From Actinomycetota bacterium (GTDB lineage Bacteria > Actinomycetota > Acidimicrobiia > Acidimicrobiales > Ilumatobacteraceae), in the NCBI GenBank assembly GCA_027730505.1, contig JAQCGT010000001.1, positions 1-62,304 on the forward strand: DNA of 62,304 bases, read 5' to 3'. Within the stretch, counting starts at the first letter, position 1. Each line of letters begins with the position of its first letter. The translations under genes were made by a program, and so were the position numbers. The notes beneath the pieces were generated by a model. That model was not told the DNA's origin, made no database searches, and saw nothing but the letters and a program-made list of their open reading frames with translations. Below are positions 10,012 through 19,910 of the stretch, piece after piece.

Positions 10012-11060
10012 GAGAGCAACTCCGCCGCGGTCCGTGCGGCTGTGTCGACCTGTCGTCGGAAGGGTTCGAGCTCGGCACGGTCGCGTTGGCCGAGTGCACC
10101 ACCGAGGTACCTGGCGTAGACACCTTCGAGAATGCAGGCGAGTCGCCAGTTGGCGAAGGCGAGATAGGTGTTGAACCGTGAGAGATCGCTGCCGGTGATC
10201 TCGCCGTAACGGTTGATGATCTGCTCGCGGTTCCAGAACCCCTCGGCGACGGTTGCCGTTGACTCCCACGCACTCGGCGTGTCGTCGGGGCCAGTCCAAT
10301 ACACGCAGAGCGTCGCCAAGTCGGCCAAGGGATCGCCCAGGGTGCAGATCTCCCAGTCGAGGACTGCTACGACCGAGCCGTCGGCGGCGACCATGGTGTT
10401 GTCGAGGCGGTAGTCGCCGTGGACGAGTCGAGCGGGACCTTGTTCGGGAAGGTCGTCGACCAACTGATCGTGAACCTCGTCGATGAGGGCGAGTTCACGG
10501 GTGTGCTGTTGGTCCCACTGCCCTTTCCAACGACGAAGCTGGCGGGCGAGATAATTCTCGTGGCGAGCAAGATCGGCAAGGCCGACATCGGCGATGTTCA
10601 CCCGGTGGAGTGCAGCGAGGGTGTCGGTCAGAGACCGTGAGGAGTGCGTTCTGGCTGACGTGCTGAGCGCGTGTTCCGCGTCATCGATACTGCGGATGAC
10701 GTGTCCAGTCATGAACGGCATCACGTAGAAGGGTGCACCGTTGACCCCCTCATCGGTACAGAGTCCGAGAGCCGTGGGCACCGGTACCTCGGTCGATTCG
10801 AGCGCCGCGATGATCCGGTGCTCGCGCGCCATGTCGTGTGCGCTTGCCAGACCATGGCTGAGCGGGGGTCGACGCAAGACGTATCGGTTGTTCAGCGCAT
10901 CGGTGACAGCAAAGGTGAGGTTCGAGTGACCACCGGCGATGAGTTCGTAGGCGAACGGTCCGGTGGCGCCGTCGATATTCGATTCGAGCCAGGCGCCAAC
11001 GGCCGGTGCGTCGACTCCTTCCGGGACGGACGAGTCACCGATCGGGGGAGTGGTGGTCAC
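10008..11060 (-). CDS. Phosphotransferase (APH / choline-kinase-like) family protein
   Basis: Motifs GGHSNLTF, YVLRRPP, the catalytic LVHGDYRLDN and VLDWE. The start is uncertain; GTG at 11060 was chosen and the ORF is open to 11192. Confidence 0.75.
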   Translation of the reverse strand: MTTTPPIGDSSVPEGVDAPAVGAWLESNIDGATGPFAYELIAGGHSNLTFAVTDALNNRYVLRRPPLSHGLASAHDMAREHRIIAALESTEVPVPTALGLCTDEGVNGAPFYVMPFMTGHVIRSIDDAEHALSTSARTHSSRSLTDTLAALHRVNIADVGLADLARHENYLARQLRRWKGQWDQQHTRELALIDEVHDQLVDDLPEQGPARLVHGDYRLDNTMVAADGSVVAVLDWEICTLGDPLADLATLCVYWTGPDDTPSAWESTATVAEGFWNREQIINRYGEITGSDLSRFNTYLAFANWRLACILEGVYARYLGGALGQRDRAELEPFRRQVDTAARTAAELLS

Positions 11061-11082
11061 CGGCCCGATCGTAGTCGTGGCC

Positions 11083-11928
11083 TCAGGATTCGACCGATGG
11101 AGGTCGCACGAGCAACACGGGCACCGGAGAGCGATGCACCATGCCCATGGCCTGGGAGCCAGCCGCAACTCGCGCCAGACCGGTTCGGCCATGGGTGGAG
11201 GCGATGATCAGGGATACGTCGCCGGATGCGGCGTATCGGGCAATTGCATGGTCGGGATGTTTGTCGTGGAGGACGTCGTAGTTGGTGCCGTGGTGTGACC
11301 GTTCGCGCAGCTGTTGTGCCGTTCGAGCAACGTACGACGACTCGGCGACGTCTCCGCCCCCCATGCCGTCGCCCATCCGTGCGAGTTCGTCTGGGTCGAC
11401 CACATTGACCAGCCAAGGAACCCCGCCGTGTTCGATACCCCACGCCGCTGCGAGTCCGAGCGCGTATTCGGAGGTGGCTGAGCCGTCCACGGGCACCAAG
11501 ATCCGCCCGTCAAGATGAAATGAGTCGATGTCGACCTCTGGGCCGACGAGAAGGACTGGTCCGTGGAGTTGGCCGAGGAGGTCCTCTGCAACCGAGCCGA
11601 GCAGCGCTGCGGAACGTCCACGACCCGCTGAGCTCATGACGACGATCGAACCATCGCCGAGAGCGGTGATGTGGTCGGCGATTGTCGTAGCGATGCGATC
11701 GCCTTGGACAAGCACGGTGGTCGTGGTCGTCTTGGCACGGTCTTCGCCGAGCTCGTCGATCAGTCGCTCCTCGATAGAACGACGAGTGAGGGGCACGTCG
11801 TCAGGGAGTAACGCCACTTCGACGACCTCAAGGGTGAGATCGATCTGACTGGCGAGCTCAGCAGCGAGGCGAACGGCTCTCCACGAGAAGTCGGATCCGT
11901 CGCTCAGGGCGATGAGATGGTTTGTCAT
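11083..11928 (-). CDS. Universal stress protein (tandem Usp domains)
   Basis: Start chosen at MTNHLIALSDGS (ATG 11928). Two Usp-like halves are present, each ending in a ...G(R/S)xG... / VLLV-type motif (MSSAGRGRS...PVLLVGP; ASTHGRTG...PVLLVRP). Confidence 0.8.
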   Translation of the reverse strand: MTNHLIALSDGSDFSWRAVRLAAELASQIDLTLEVVEVALLPDDVPLTRRSIEERLIDELGEDRAKTTTTTVLVQGDRIATTIADHITALGDGSIVVMSSAGRGRSAALLGSVAEDLLGQLHGPVLLVGPEVDIDSFHLDGRILVPVDGSATSEYALGLAAAWGIEHGGVPWLVNVVDPDELARMGDGMGGGDVAESSYVARTAQQLRERSHHGTNYDVLHDKHPDHAIARYAASGDVSLIIASTHGRTGLARVAAGSQAMGMVHRSPVPVLLVRPPSVES

Positions 11929-12028
11929 GACGCCTCCTGTCGACGACCCTACGGACGCTCGGCATCTCGCAATAGGGCCATCGGTCCCTTCGGCGGGCCT
12001 CGGAGAGCCGGTCGGTATGGTGATCGGC

Positions 12029-12763
12029 ATGAGTGATCAAGGTCTTCCATCCGCTTTCGTGATCGACGTCACCGATGCTGACTTCGAGACCGAAGTGCTG
12101 CACCGATCGCAGACTCAGGCCGTGGTCGTCGATCTCTGGGCGCCATGGTGTGGGCCGTGCAAGACACTCGGTCCGCTGCTCGAAGAAGTGATCGGGGCGA
12201 CCGGCGGAGCTGTCGTGCTAGCGAAGGTGAACGTCGACGAGAACCCGGCGATTGCGCGTGCATTTCAAGTGCAGTCGATCCCGGCCGTCTATGCCGTGAG
12301 CGGTGGCCAGGTGGTCGACGGGTTCGTCGGGGCGCAAGGACGGGCGGAGGTTCAGGCCTTCGTCGATCGGCTCGGTCCGAGTGCCGAGCAGGAGTTGGTG
12401 AACGGATTGATCGAGGCCCGGGACGAACTCGGTCTGCGAGCAGTTCTTGAGACCGATCCGGGCAATGAGCGAGTGATCGTGACCCTTGCTGAGATGTTGG
12501 TGGAGCGAGGCGAGACAGCGGAGGCTCTTGCGCTCCTCGAGCGGGTTCCTGAGACCGACGATGTCCGCCGCGTCAAGGCCGAGGCCCGTCTCGGCACCGT
12601 CACTCCCGACGACGACTATGACGCCGAGTTGACCGATCTGCTCGACCGGGTGAAAGGTGACGATGAAGCTCGACAGCGATTCGTCGACATCCTTGAACTG
12701 ATGGGTCCAGCTGATCCGAGGACGGCGGCATATCGCAGACAGTTGACCGCACGACTGTTCTGA
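12029..12763 (+). CDS. Thioredoxin-domain plus TPR-like co-chaperone (YbbN/CnoX-like)
   Basis: Start chosen at MSDQGLPSAF (ATG 12029). It has a WAPWCGPCK thioredoxin motif followed by a helical repeat C-terminal half. Confidence 0.8.
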   Translation: MSDQGLPSAFVIDVTDADFETEVLHRSQTQAVVVDLWAPWCGPCKTLGPLLEEVIGATGGAVVLAKVNVDENPAIARAFQVQSIPAVYAVSGGQVVDGFVGAQGRAEVQAFVDRLGPSAEQELVNGLIEARDELGLRAVLETDPGNERVIVTLAEMLVERGETAEALALLERVPETDDVRRVKAEARLGTVTPDDDYDAELTDLLDRVKGDDEARQRFVDILELMGPADPRTAAYRRQLTARLF

Positions 12764-12840
12764 GGCGCACCCCTCGGGCGCGCTGGGACTGAGGGCCGTA
12801 GAGTCGGGTTGCCGAGCCCCCTCGCATATCGAGGAGGCCG

Positions 12841-13515
12841 ATGATGTCAAGCGCTGTCCGACCAGGTGAGGTTCCTGATCGTCCGCAACCGCGGGTGCGG
12901 CTGTCAGACATGGTCGCCGATCGAGTCAGGCCGATCGAGACCAGCCGACTCATCGCCATCGCCGCGGCCACGTTGGGTGTGGTGCTCGCCGGTATCTGGC
13001 TCCTTCGGTCACCGACACCGCCAGTTGAGGCGACCTTGGCAACCGTTCCGAAAGCGAGCCCCGTCACCCTTCCTGAAGGTCTCAGTCCTCCCTTGCCGGA
13101 TGTGATCGTGCATGTCGCCGGCGCTGTTCGCGATCCGGGCGTACATGAGCTGGCCGACGGCGATCGAGTCGCCGATGCTCTCGTGGCAGCCGGCGGTGTG
13201 CTGCCTGACGCACAGCCAGACGCATTGAACCTCGCAGCGATACTCGTCGACGGACAACGCATCCACGTTCCGGTCGAGGGTGAGCCCGTCCAAGACGTCT
13301 CCACTGGAACGGGCGCAGGGTCGGGGCCAGTCAACCTCAACTCCGCCGACCCCATGTTGTTGGAGTCGCTGCCAGGCATCGGTCCGGCGACGGCGACGGC
13401 GATCATCGACGATCGCGTGGCCAACGGCCCATTTCGCTCGGTGGACGACCTCGACCGTGTTGCTGGGATCGGACCGGCAACCGTCGAACGGCTACGTCCC
13501 CTGGTGACGACCTGA
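12841..13515 (+). CDS. comEA: ComEA-type competence protein (SLBB plus helix-hairpin-helix DNA-binding)
   Basis: GAGGAGG RBS and an N-terminal TM. The HhH pair is NSADPMLLESLPGIGPATATAI...FRSVDDLDRVAGIGPATVERL. Confidence 0.85.
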   Translation: MMSSAVRPGEVPDRPQPRVRLSDMVADRVRPIETSRLIAIAAATLGVVLAGIWLLRSPTPPVEATLATVPKASPVTLPEGLSPPLPDVIVHVAGAVRDPGVHELADGDRVADALVAAGGVLPDAQPDALNLAAILVDGQRIHVPVEGEPVQDVSTGTGAGSGPVNLNSADPMLLESLPGIGPATATAIIDDRVANGPFRSVDDLDRVAGIGPATVERLRPLVTT

Positions 13516-13526
13516 TGCGGTGTCGA

Positions 13527-13991
13527 TCACAACAGGGTCTCGCCGATTCGGGCCGCCGCAATGACCAGACCGACGATCGCGCCGACAGCTGCGGCGATAG
13601 CCAGAAACGAGAATTGGAGCCAGAAGTCATACCAAGTCGCAAACGGTCGTCGGACCGCACGACGTGCTGCGATGAAACCAAGCAGTGCCCAGAAGCCGAC
13701 GCTGATGACGATTGCCATCGGATAGGAGTTCTCGTCGGCGATTGGTGCGCCGATTACGAGAAGGCCGGGCGCAGCAACGACTCCGCTGAGCAACCCGATG
13801 ACAGCGCTCAACCGTCCGCTGCCGACTCTCAGCACGACCAGCGCCGTGATACCGAGCACGAGCGGTGGTCCGAGCGCGATCGCCGGTCCTGCGACGAGAA
13901 GTCGTGCCCGGTACCACCGTGAGCCACCGACAACGACGCCGGCGGTCGATGTGGATGGACTCTCACCGGTGTCGGCTGCGAGGGGTGGCAT
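13527..13991 (-). CDS. Small polytopic membrane protein of unknown function
   Basis: 154 aa with about 4 hydrophobic helices and protein-like composition, unlike the + strand frame over the same DNA. Its annotated start overlaps the comEC ATG within CATG (13989-13992), so one of the two starts may be wrong. Confidence 0.5.
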   Translation of the reverse strand: MPPLAADTGESPSTSTAGVVVGGSRWYRARLLVAGPAIALGPPLVLGITALVVLRVGSGRLSAVIGLLSGVVAAPGLLVIGAPIADENSYPMAIVISVGFWALLGFIAARRAVRRPFATWYDFWLQFSFLAIAAAVGAIVGLVIAAARIGETLL

Positions 13992-15477
13992 GAGCGAACA
14001 CTACGGCCTCGCTGCGGCCGGTGAGCCGCATGTCCGAAGGACCGATCCCGTTGACGCCGTCATGGTGGTCATTGCCATCGGTTGTTGGGTGGTTGCGCTG
14101 CCGGTCGGTGCTGCGCTTTGGATGGTGTCGGCCTCGAGCGCCGTTCTTGGCTCCGCTGTGTTGGCAAGCCGAGCCGGACGACGAGTGTGGGCATGGACCT
14201 TGGTGGCGATCGTTGTCATCGTTGGTGTGGCTGTACATGCTGGCCTGCAGCGTTCGACGGCGAGGCCGGATGTTGGTCCTTTCGCTGGCTGGGCGGTCGT
14301 AGTGGACGATCCGCAGCCGTTCGGTGCTGCGACTCGGGTGATTCTCGGAGTCGACGGTCGGCGTTATGAGATGTGGGCACGGGGACGAGCGGCACGATTG
14401 CGGGTTGAGGGTTGGGAGGCTGGGGACCTGGTCGCCGTGTCGGGTACACGAACCGAACTCGCTGGGCTTCGGCATGAGCGCGTCGCCTGGCAACACGTCG
14501 TTGGCGCTTTCGAGCCGGAATGGCTCGGTGACCGCGTCCCGGGCTCGCCACTGTCTCGAGCATCGAACCGGGTGCGTGATTTGGTGTCGTCGGCTTCGAG
14601 CGCGCTCGCGCATCCCGACGACACGCTGTTCACCGGCTTGGTGATCGGCGATGACCGAGACCAACCCCCAGAGATGCTGGATCGTTTCCGGCGAACTGGG
14701 TTGTCACATCTGACGGCGGTGTCGGGTCAGAACGTGACGCTCATTCTTATGGCCATGGCCCCGGCGCTGGCACTCATTCCGGGGCGGAGTCGGTCGGCGA
14801 TCACCGTGATGGTGATTGCATGGTTCGTCATCATTACACGGCTCGAACCGTCGATTTTGAGGGCTGGTGTGATGGCGGCGCTGGCGGTCGTTGCGAGGGC
14901 TGGAGGACGCGAGGGGTCGCCACTGCGAATGTTGGCCCTAGCGGTCTGCATGTTGATTGCTATCGACCCGATGCTCGCTGGATCGGTGGGCTTTCAACTG
15001 TCGGTTGGGGCCACCGCTGGAGTCGTGACCATCGGACCTCACCTCGCTGAACGGTTGCGTCGCCTCGGTCCGCTCGCCTCGCCGTTAGGTGTGACGCTCG
15101 GCGCTCAGATCGGCGTGCTGCTCCCAAGCGCAATCACCTTCGGACGTCTCCCGTTGACCGGAATCGGCGCGAACCTTCTTGCGGTCCCGGTTGCAGGGGC
15201 AGTCATGCTGCTCGGGCTCCCGCTGTCCCTTGCGGCCGCGTTGGCGCCGCCGTTGCGCTCGGCGCTCATGTTTCCGATGCGGCTCGGTGTTCGCTGGGTC
15301 GACTCCGTGGCTCTGCTCGCTGACCGTCTTGAACCGAGCGATGTAGCGATCGGATGGTGGGCACACGGTGGGTTCGTGGCAGCGGCTGGGTTGGTCGCCG
15401 GTTGGCGTCATGTCCGTCGCCGGTGGGTGCTAGACACGGAGGGCGATGGGCACCTACCTCCTCACCGGCGACGATGA
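13990..15477 (+). CDS. comEC: ComEC/Rec2-family competence channel protein (short form, no metallo-beta-lactamase domain)
   Basis: Start chosen at MSEHYGLAA (ATG 13990). It is polytopic with the competence-domain motif FRRTGLSHLTAVSGQNV, and the protein ends after the membrane domain. Confidence 0.8.
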   Translation: MSEHYGLAAAGEPHVRRTDPVDAVMVVIAIGCWVVALPVGAALWMVSASSAVLGSAVLASRAGRRVWAWTLVAIVVIVGVAVHAGLQRSTARPDVGPFAGWAVVVDDPQPFGAATRVILGVDGRRYEMWARGRAARLRVEGWEAGDLVAVSGTRTELAGLRHERVAWQHVVGAFEPEWLGDRVPGSPLSRASNRVRDLVSSASSALAHPDDTLFTGLVIGDDRDQPPEMLDRFRRTGLSHLTAVSGQNVTLILMAMAPALALIPGRSRSAITVMVIAWFVIITRLEPSILRAGVMAALAVVARAGGREGSPLRMLALAVCMLIAIDPMLAGSVGFQLSVGATAGVVTIGPHLAERLRRLGPLASPLGVTLGAQIGVLLPSAITFGRLPLTGIGANLLAVPVAGAVMLLGLPLSLAAALAPPLRSALMFPMRLGVRWVDSVALLADRLEPSDVAIGWWAHGGFVAAAGLVAGWRHVRRRWVLDTEGDGHLPPHRRR

Positions 15478-16417
15478 GTCGATTCTGCGATCTGCGGTGG
15501 TCGAATTGGTACACGAATTGGTGGGTGACGGGGACCGCTCGATGATGGTCGACGAGTTCGACGATCTCGAGTTCGCTCTCTCTGACGTGGTCGACGCTGC
15601 GCAGACACCGGCGTTCTTGACCGATCGGCGAATTGTCGTAGCTCGAGGAATTGGCAGGTTCCTCGCTGCCGATGCGCCGCCTCTCGTGCAGTACCTCGCC
15701 GATCCGATGCCGACGACGGAACTGGTGCTCGTCGGGGGCGGCGGTGCCATTCCGAAGGCGATCACCGATGCGGTGAAGTCGGCTGGCGGAGAGGTGAAGA
15801 GCACGAGCGTGGCATCGCGACCGAAAGAGCGTGCCGTGTGGATCCGGACTCGGGCTGCGGTCAAGGGAGTCGACCTCGATGACCGTGCGGTCGCCCGCCT
15901 CGCTGACTGGCTTGGGGAGAGCTCGGGAGCGCTCGACGGCATTCTCGAAACAGTCGCCTCTAGCCACGTGGGCCGTGCCAAGGTCAAGGTCGAAGACATC
16001 GAACCATTGCTCGGAGAGGCCGGTGGCGTACCGCCATGGGACCTCACTGATGCCGTCGACTCTGGCAACTCGCCTCGTGCGCTCAGCCTGCTCCACCGGA
16101 TGATCCACGGAGGCGGGCGCCACCCGCTTCAGGTGATGGCGGTATTGCACGGCCACTACTCGAAGATGGCGATGCTCGACGGTTCGGGAGCCCGAGATCA
16201 GGACTCGGCGGCGGCGGTGCTCGGAATTAAGAGTGGATTTCCGGCCAAGAAGGCGCTTGACGGCTCGCGCCGTCTGGGCAGCGATGGTCTTCGCCGAGCG
16301 ATTGGACTGCTTGCAACGGCCGACCTCGATCTACGAGGTGCCACCGGGCTTGATGAGGTGACGGTGATGGAAGTGTTGGTCGCTCGGCTGTCGCGTCTCG
16401 CTCCCTCGGGCCGCTGA
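15446..16417 (+). CDS. holA: DNA polymerase III delta subunit
   Basis: 323 aa with the N-terminus MGTYLLTGDDESIL. It sits in the conserved position after comEC. The length and helical C-terminal domain are typical of HolA. Confidence 0.8.
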   Translation: MGTYLLTGDDESILRSAVVELVHELVGDGDRSMMVDEFDDLEFALSDVVDAAQTPAFLTDRRIVVARGIGRFLAADAPPLVQYLADPMPTTELVLVGGGGAIPKAITDAVKSAGGEVKSTSVASRPKERAVWIRTRAAVKGVDLDDRAVARLADWLGESSGALDGILETVASSHVGRAKVKVEDIEPLLGEAGGVPPWDLTDAVDSGNSPRALSLLHRMIHGGGRHPLQVMAVLHGHYSKMAMLDGSGARDQDSAAAVLGIKSGFPAKKALDGSRRLGSDGLRRAIGLLATADLDLRGATGLDEVTVMEVLVARLSRLAPSGR

Positions 16418-16421
16418 ACGC

Positions 16422-16457
16422 GAGAGGGCCCGGACCCTCTCGGATCCGGGCCCTCTC
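16422..16457. terminator. Bidirectional stem-loop between convergent holA and rpsT
   Basis: gagagggcccgg (16422-16433) and ccgggccctctc (16446-16457) are perfect reverse complements (12 bp) around a 12-nt loop. An alternative shorter hairpin, gagaggg/ccctctc, is nested inside. Confidence 0.6.
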
Positions 16458-16477
16458 GAGCGTTCGTTGAGGAGCGA

Positions 16478-16723
16478 TCAGGCTCCGGCGTTCGCCTTCT
16501 TCATGAGGCGACTCTTCTTGCGGGCCGCAGCGTTCTTGTGGATCACGCCCTTGGCGGCCGCGGAGTCAATGCGGCTGACCGCAGCGCGCAACGCCGCATC
16601 GTCGGCGCCATCCGCCGACGCTGACTTGACACGAGTCTTGATCTCGCTCCGGACAGCGCGATTGCGCTCAGCGCGCTTTGCGTTCGTGATGTTGCGCTTC
16701 TTCTGGCTCTTGATGTTGGCCAC
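16478..16723 (-). CDS. rpsT: 30S ribosomal protein S20
   Basis: GTG start at 16723 gives VANIKSQKKRNITNAKRAERNRAVRSEIKT..., the canonical S20 N-terminus. Confidence 0.9.
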   Translation of the reverse strand: MANIKSQKKRNITNAKRAERNRAVRSEIKTRVKSASADGADDAALRAAVSRIDSAAAKGVIHKNAAARKKSRLMKKANAGA

Positions 16724-16872
16724 GGTGAACCTCGGTGATGGTGGTCGGCGGTCGTCGCCGGCTGGGTAGAACGTTGGCGAGGAGGGGATATGAGTCCCGA
16801 ACTCGCAGCACGGCGAGGCTATCGGTGCCACTCCGACAGTCCCAACGCGCCAGCGGTAGCGTGTGGGAAGCC

Positions 16873-18669
16873 ATGGACGCCCCCACCGGACTCTCCCGGA
16901 TCCGAAACTTCTCGATTATCGCCCACATCGATCACGGAAAGTCGACGCTGTCCGATCGGATTCTCGAGGTGACCGGCGCGGTCCAAGCCCGAGACATGCG
17001 GGCGCAGTACCTCGACTCGATGGATCTCGAGCGCGAGCGTGGGATCACGATCAAAGCTCAGAACGTCCGTGTCGAATGGAAGGGGCATCTGTTCCACCTC
17101 ATCGACACCCCCGGCCACGTCGACTTCGGGTACGAGGTGTCCCGCTCGCTTGCTGCTTGTGAGGGCGTGGTGCTCGTCGTTGACGCAGCGCAGGGAATCG
17201 AAGCGCAGACGTTGGCGAACTGCTATCTCGCTCTCGAGAACGATCTCGAGATCGTCGCCTGTCTCAACAAGATCGACCTTCCGGCAGCCGACCCCGATCG
17301 ATATGCGATGGAGATCGAAACGATTCTCGGCATCCCTGCCGAGGACATCTTGCGGATTTCGGCCAAGACCGGAGAGGGCGTGCCTGACCTGTTAGATGCC
17401 ATCGCCGAGAGGATCCCAGCTCCGAGCGGCGACGCTGACGCGCCGCTCCAGGCGCTGATCTTCGATTCACAGTTCGATCAGTATCGAGGTGTGGTCTCCT
17501 CGGTGCGGGTGATGAACGGCCGACTCACCTCTGGCTCGAAACTCCAGTTCATGCAGGCGGGAGCGACCCATGAGGCGCTCGAGATCGGTGTGCGCCGACC
17601 GGTCACGACGCCGGTCGCTGAACTCGGGCCCGGCGAGGTGGGCTATCTCATCGCTGGTATCAAAGACGTGGGTGATGCCCGTTCGGGCGAGACGGTCACG
17701 ACGGTGACTCGGGGAGCGACCGCAGCGTTGGCGGGTTACCGCGACCCGAAGCCCATGGTGTTCTCCGGACTCTTTCCGATCGACGGTGATGATTTCGAAG
17801 ACCTACGTGACTCGCTCGCCAAGTTGAAACTGAACGACGCATCGATCACCTACACGCCGGAGTCTTCTGGGGCGCTCGGCTTCGGGTTCCGTTGCGGGTT
17901 CTTGGGCTTGTTGCACATGGAGATCGTGAAGGAACGCCTAGAGCGCGAATTCGGTCTGGCTCTCATCGCAACCGCCCCGTCGGTGGAATACCGGGTGACA
18001 CGCACCGACGGCACGGTCGATGTCGTTGACAATCCATCTGATCTGCCACCTCCCCAGCAGATCGCATTCGTCGAAGAACCGGTGTTCAAGGTCTCGATCA
18101 TCACGCCCACGTCGTACACCGGGGCGCTGATGGAACTGTGTCAGTCTCGTCGGGGCGAGATGAAGCGAATGGAGTACCTGTCACCCGAGCGCGTGGAACT
18201 CTCCTACGAAATCCCGTTGGCCGAGGTGGTCGTCGACTTCTTCGACCAGTTGAAGAGCCGCAGCCAGGGTTACGCGAGCCTCGACTACGAGTTGGCCGGT
18301 TACCAGCAGTCGAATTTGGTTCGAGTCGATCTGCTGCTCAACGGGACTCCAGCGGACGCGTTCTCCACAATCGTCCATCGCGATAACGCTGAGTCGTACG
18401 GTCGGCGCATGTGCGAGAAACTGCGCGAGCTGATTCCTCGCCAGATGTTCGACGTTCCGATCCAAGCGGCGATCGGTGGCAAGGTCATCGCCCGCGAGAC
18501 GGTGAAAGCAAAGCGGAAGGATGTGCTCGCCAAGTGCTACGGCGGCGACATCACACGGAAGCGCAAACTGCTCGAGAAGCAGAAGGAGGGCAAGAAGAAG
18601 ATGAAAGCGATCGGACGGGTCGAGGTGCCCGGCGACGTGTTCATCTCAGCCCTCAAACTCGACGACTGA
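16873..18669 (+). CDS. lepA: Elongation factor 4 (translational GTPase LepA)
   Basis: Start chosen at [26 protein letters not shown]. It has the G motifs DTPGH and NKID and the LepA-specific C-terminal region ...[22 protein letters not shown]. Confidence 0.95.
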   Translation: MDAPTGLSRIRNFSIIAHIDHGKSTLSDRILEVTGAVQARDMRAQYLDSMDLERERGITIKAQNVRVEWKGHLFHLIDTPGHVDFGYEVSRSLAACEGVVLVVDAAQGIEAQTLANCYLALENDLEIVACLNKIDLPAADPDRYAMEIETILGIPAEDILRISAKTGEGVPDLLDAIAERIPAPSGDADAPLQALIFDSQFDQYRGVVSSVRVMNGRLTSGSKLQFMQAGATHEALEIGVRRPVTTPVAELGPGEVGYLIAGIKDVGDARSGETVTTVTRGATAALAGYRDPKPMVFSGLFPIDGDDFEDLRDSLAKLKLNDASITYTPESSGALGFGFRCGFLGLLHMEIVKERLEREFGLALIATAPSVEYRVTRTDGTVDVVDNPSDLPPPQQIAFVEEPVFKVSIITPTSYTGALMELCQSRRGEMKRMEYLSPERVELSYEIPLAEVVVDFFDQLKSRSQGYASLDYELAGYQQSNLVRVDLLLNGTPADAFSTIVHRDNAESYGRRMCEKLRELIPRQMFDVPIQAAIGGKVIARETVKAKRKDVLAKCYGGDITRKRKLLEKQKEGKKKMKAIGRVEVPGDVFISALKLDD

Positions 18670-18674
18670 CACGA

Positions 18675-19910
18675 ATGACACGCGCATCCACATTCCGATC
18701 TCTGCGTCACCGCAACACGCGATTGTTCCTGAGCGGACTTGCGATCTCGCAAATCGGTGCATGGGTCCAGTTCACAGCGGTCGCTGTGTTGCTCGATCGG
18801 CTGACTGAGTCGACCACCGCGATAGGAATTCTCACGGCGTTGCAGTTCGGTCCGCTCCTCGTGCTCGGGGCCTGGGCCGGGTCGATCTCAGATCGTTTCG
18901 ACCGACGTCGGATCGTGCTCTGGACCCAGACGCTGCTCGCCGTTCAAGCGGCGCTCTTCGCCATCGCGTACGCCGCTGGCGTGCTCGGTGTCGGCATGAT
19001 CTATGCGCTGACCTTGCTCCTCGGCGTGGTCTCTGCGATCGATAACCCGGCTCGCCGCGGTTTTCTGACGCAGCTCGTCGATCAGGAGGAGATCTCCAAT
19101 GTGCTGGCGCTGAACACAGCGACGATGACGGGGTCGAGAATCTTTGGTCCGGCGATCGCAGCGTTACTTATCGGCCCTGCCGGGGCCGGATGGCTGTTTG
19201 TGATCAACGCGGTCACCTCCATCGCGATCATCTGGTCGATCGTCGGGGTAAACGGTGCCGAAGTGCGCCCTGCCCCGAAGGTGACACCGGGTGGTCGTCC
19301 CGTGCGTGAGGCGGTCGCGTACATCGCCCGAACACCGCAGCTTGGACCGGTTTTCGTGGTCTTCGCCATTGTGTCCACGTTCGGTTTTAACCACAATGTT
19401 TCGTTGCCCCGCATCGCTTCGGATCTTTGGGGCAACGAGACCTGGTTCGGCTGGGTGATGACGGCGACGAGTGTCGGGAGTCTCACCGGTTCGCTCTTGA
19501 CGGCAGGGCGCTCAAGGGTGACGCTGCGCTGGATGTTTGGTCATGCCGTCTTGCTCGGCGTGTCGGGCGTTGCCCTCGCTTACAGCACGTCGGGTTGGAT
19601 GGGCTTGGTCGTTGCGGTGCCACTCGGCCTTGGCGGGGCGGCCTTTATCTCTGCGATGAATGCGTGGACCCAAGACACATGTCCGCCAGCCATGCGGGGT
19701 CGCATGTTGGCGTTCATCGCCGTCGCGTTCCTCGGCTCGTATCCGATCGGCGGGCCGATCACTGGTGTTGTCGGCGACCTTTTTGGGCTCCGTTTGTCGT
19801 TGCTCTACGGCGCAGTCATCGTGTTGGCATCCGCCGTGTGGCTCGAGTTGCGTGTGCTGCGCGGCTCGGTGCTGCACGATCCTGCCGATGAGCCGAGACT
19901 GTCGGTGTGA
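18675..19910 (+). CDS. MFS transporter
   Basis: Start chosen at MTRASTFRSLRHRNTRLF. It has about 12 TM helices and a G(x)3DRxDRRR-type loop (GSISDRFDRRRI). Confidence 0.8.
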   Translation: MTRASTFRSLRHRNTRLFLSGLAISQIGAWVQFTAVAVLLDRLTESTTAIGILTALQFGPLLVLGAWAGSISDRFDRRRIVLWTQTLLAVQAALFAIAYAAGVLGVGMIYALTLLLGVVSAIDNPARRGFLTQLVDQEEISNVLALNTATMTGSRIFGPAIAALLIGPAGAGWLFVINAVTSIAIIWSIVGVNGAEVRPAPKVTPGGRPVREAVAYIARTPQLGPVFVVFAIVSTFGFNHNVSLPRIASDLWGNETWFGWVMTATSVGSLTGSLLTAGRSRVTLRWMFGHAVLLGVSGVALAYSTSGWMGLVVAVPLGLGGAAFISAMNAWTQDTCPPAMRGRMLAFIAVAFLGSYPIGGPITGVVGDLFGLRLSLLYGAVIVLASAVWLELRVLRGSVLHDPADEPRLSV

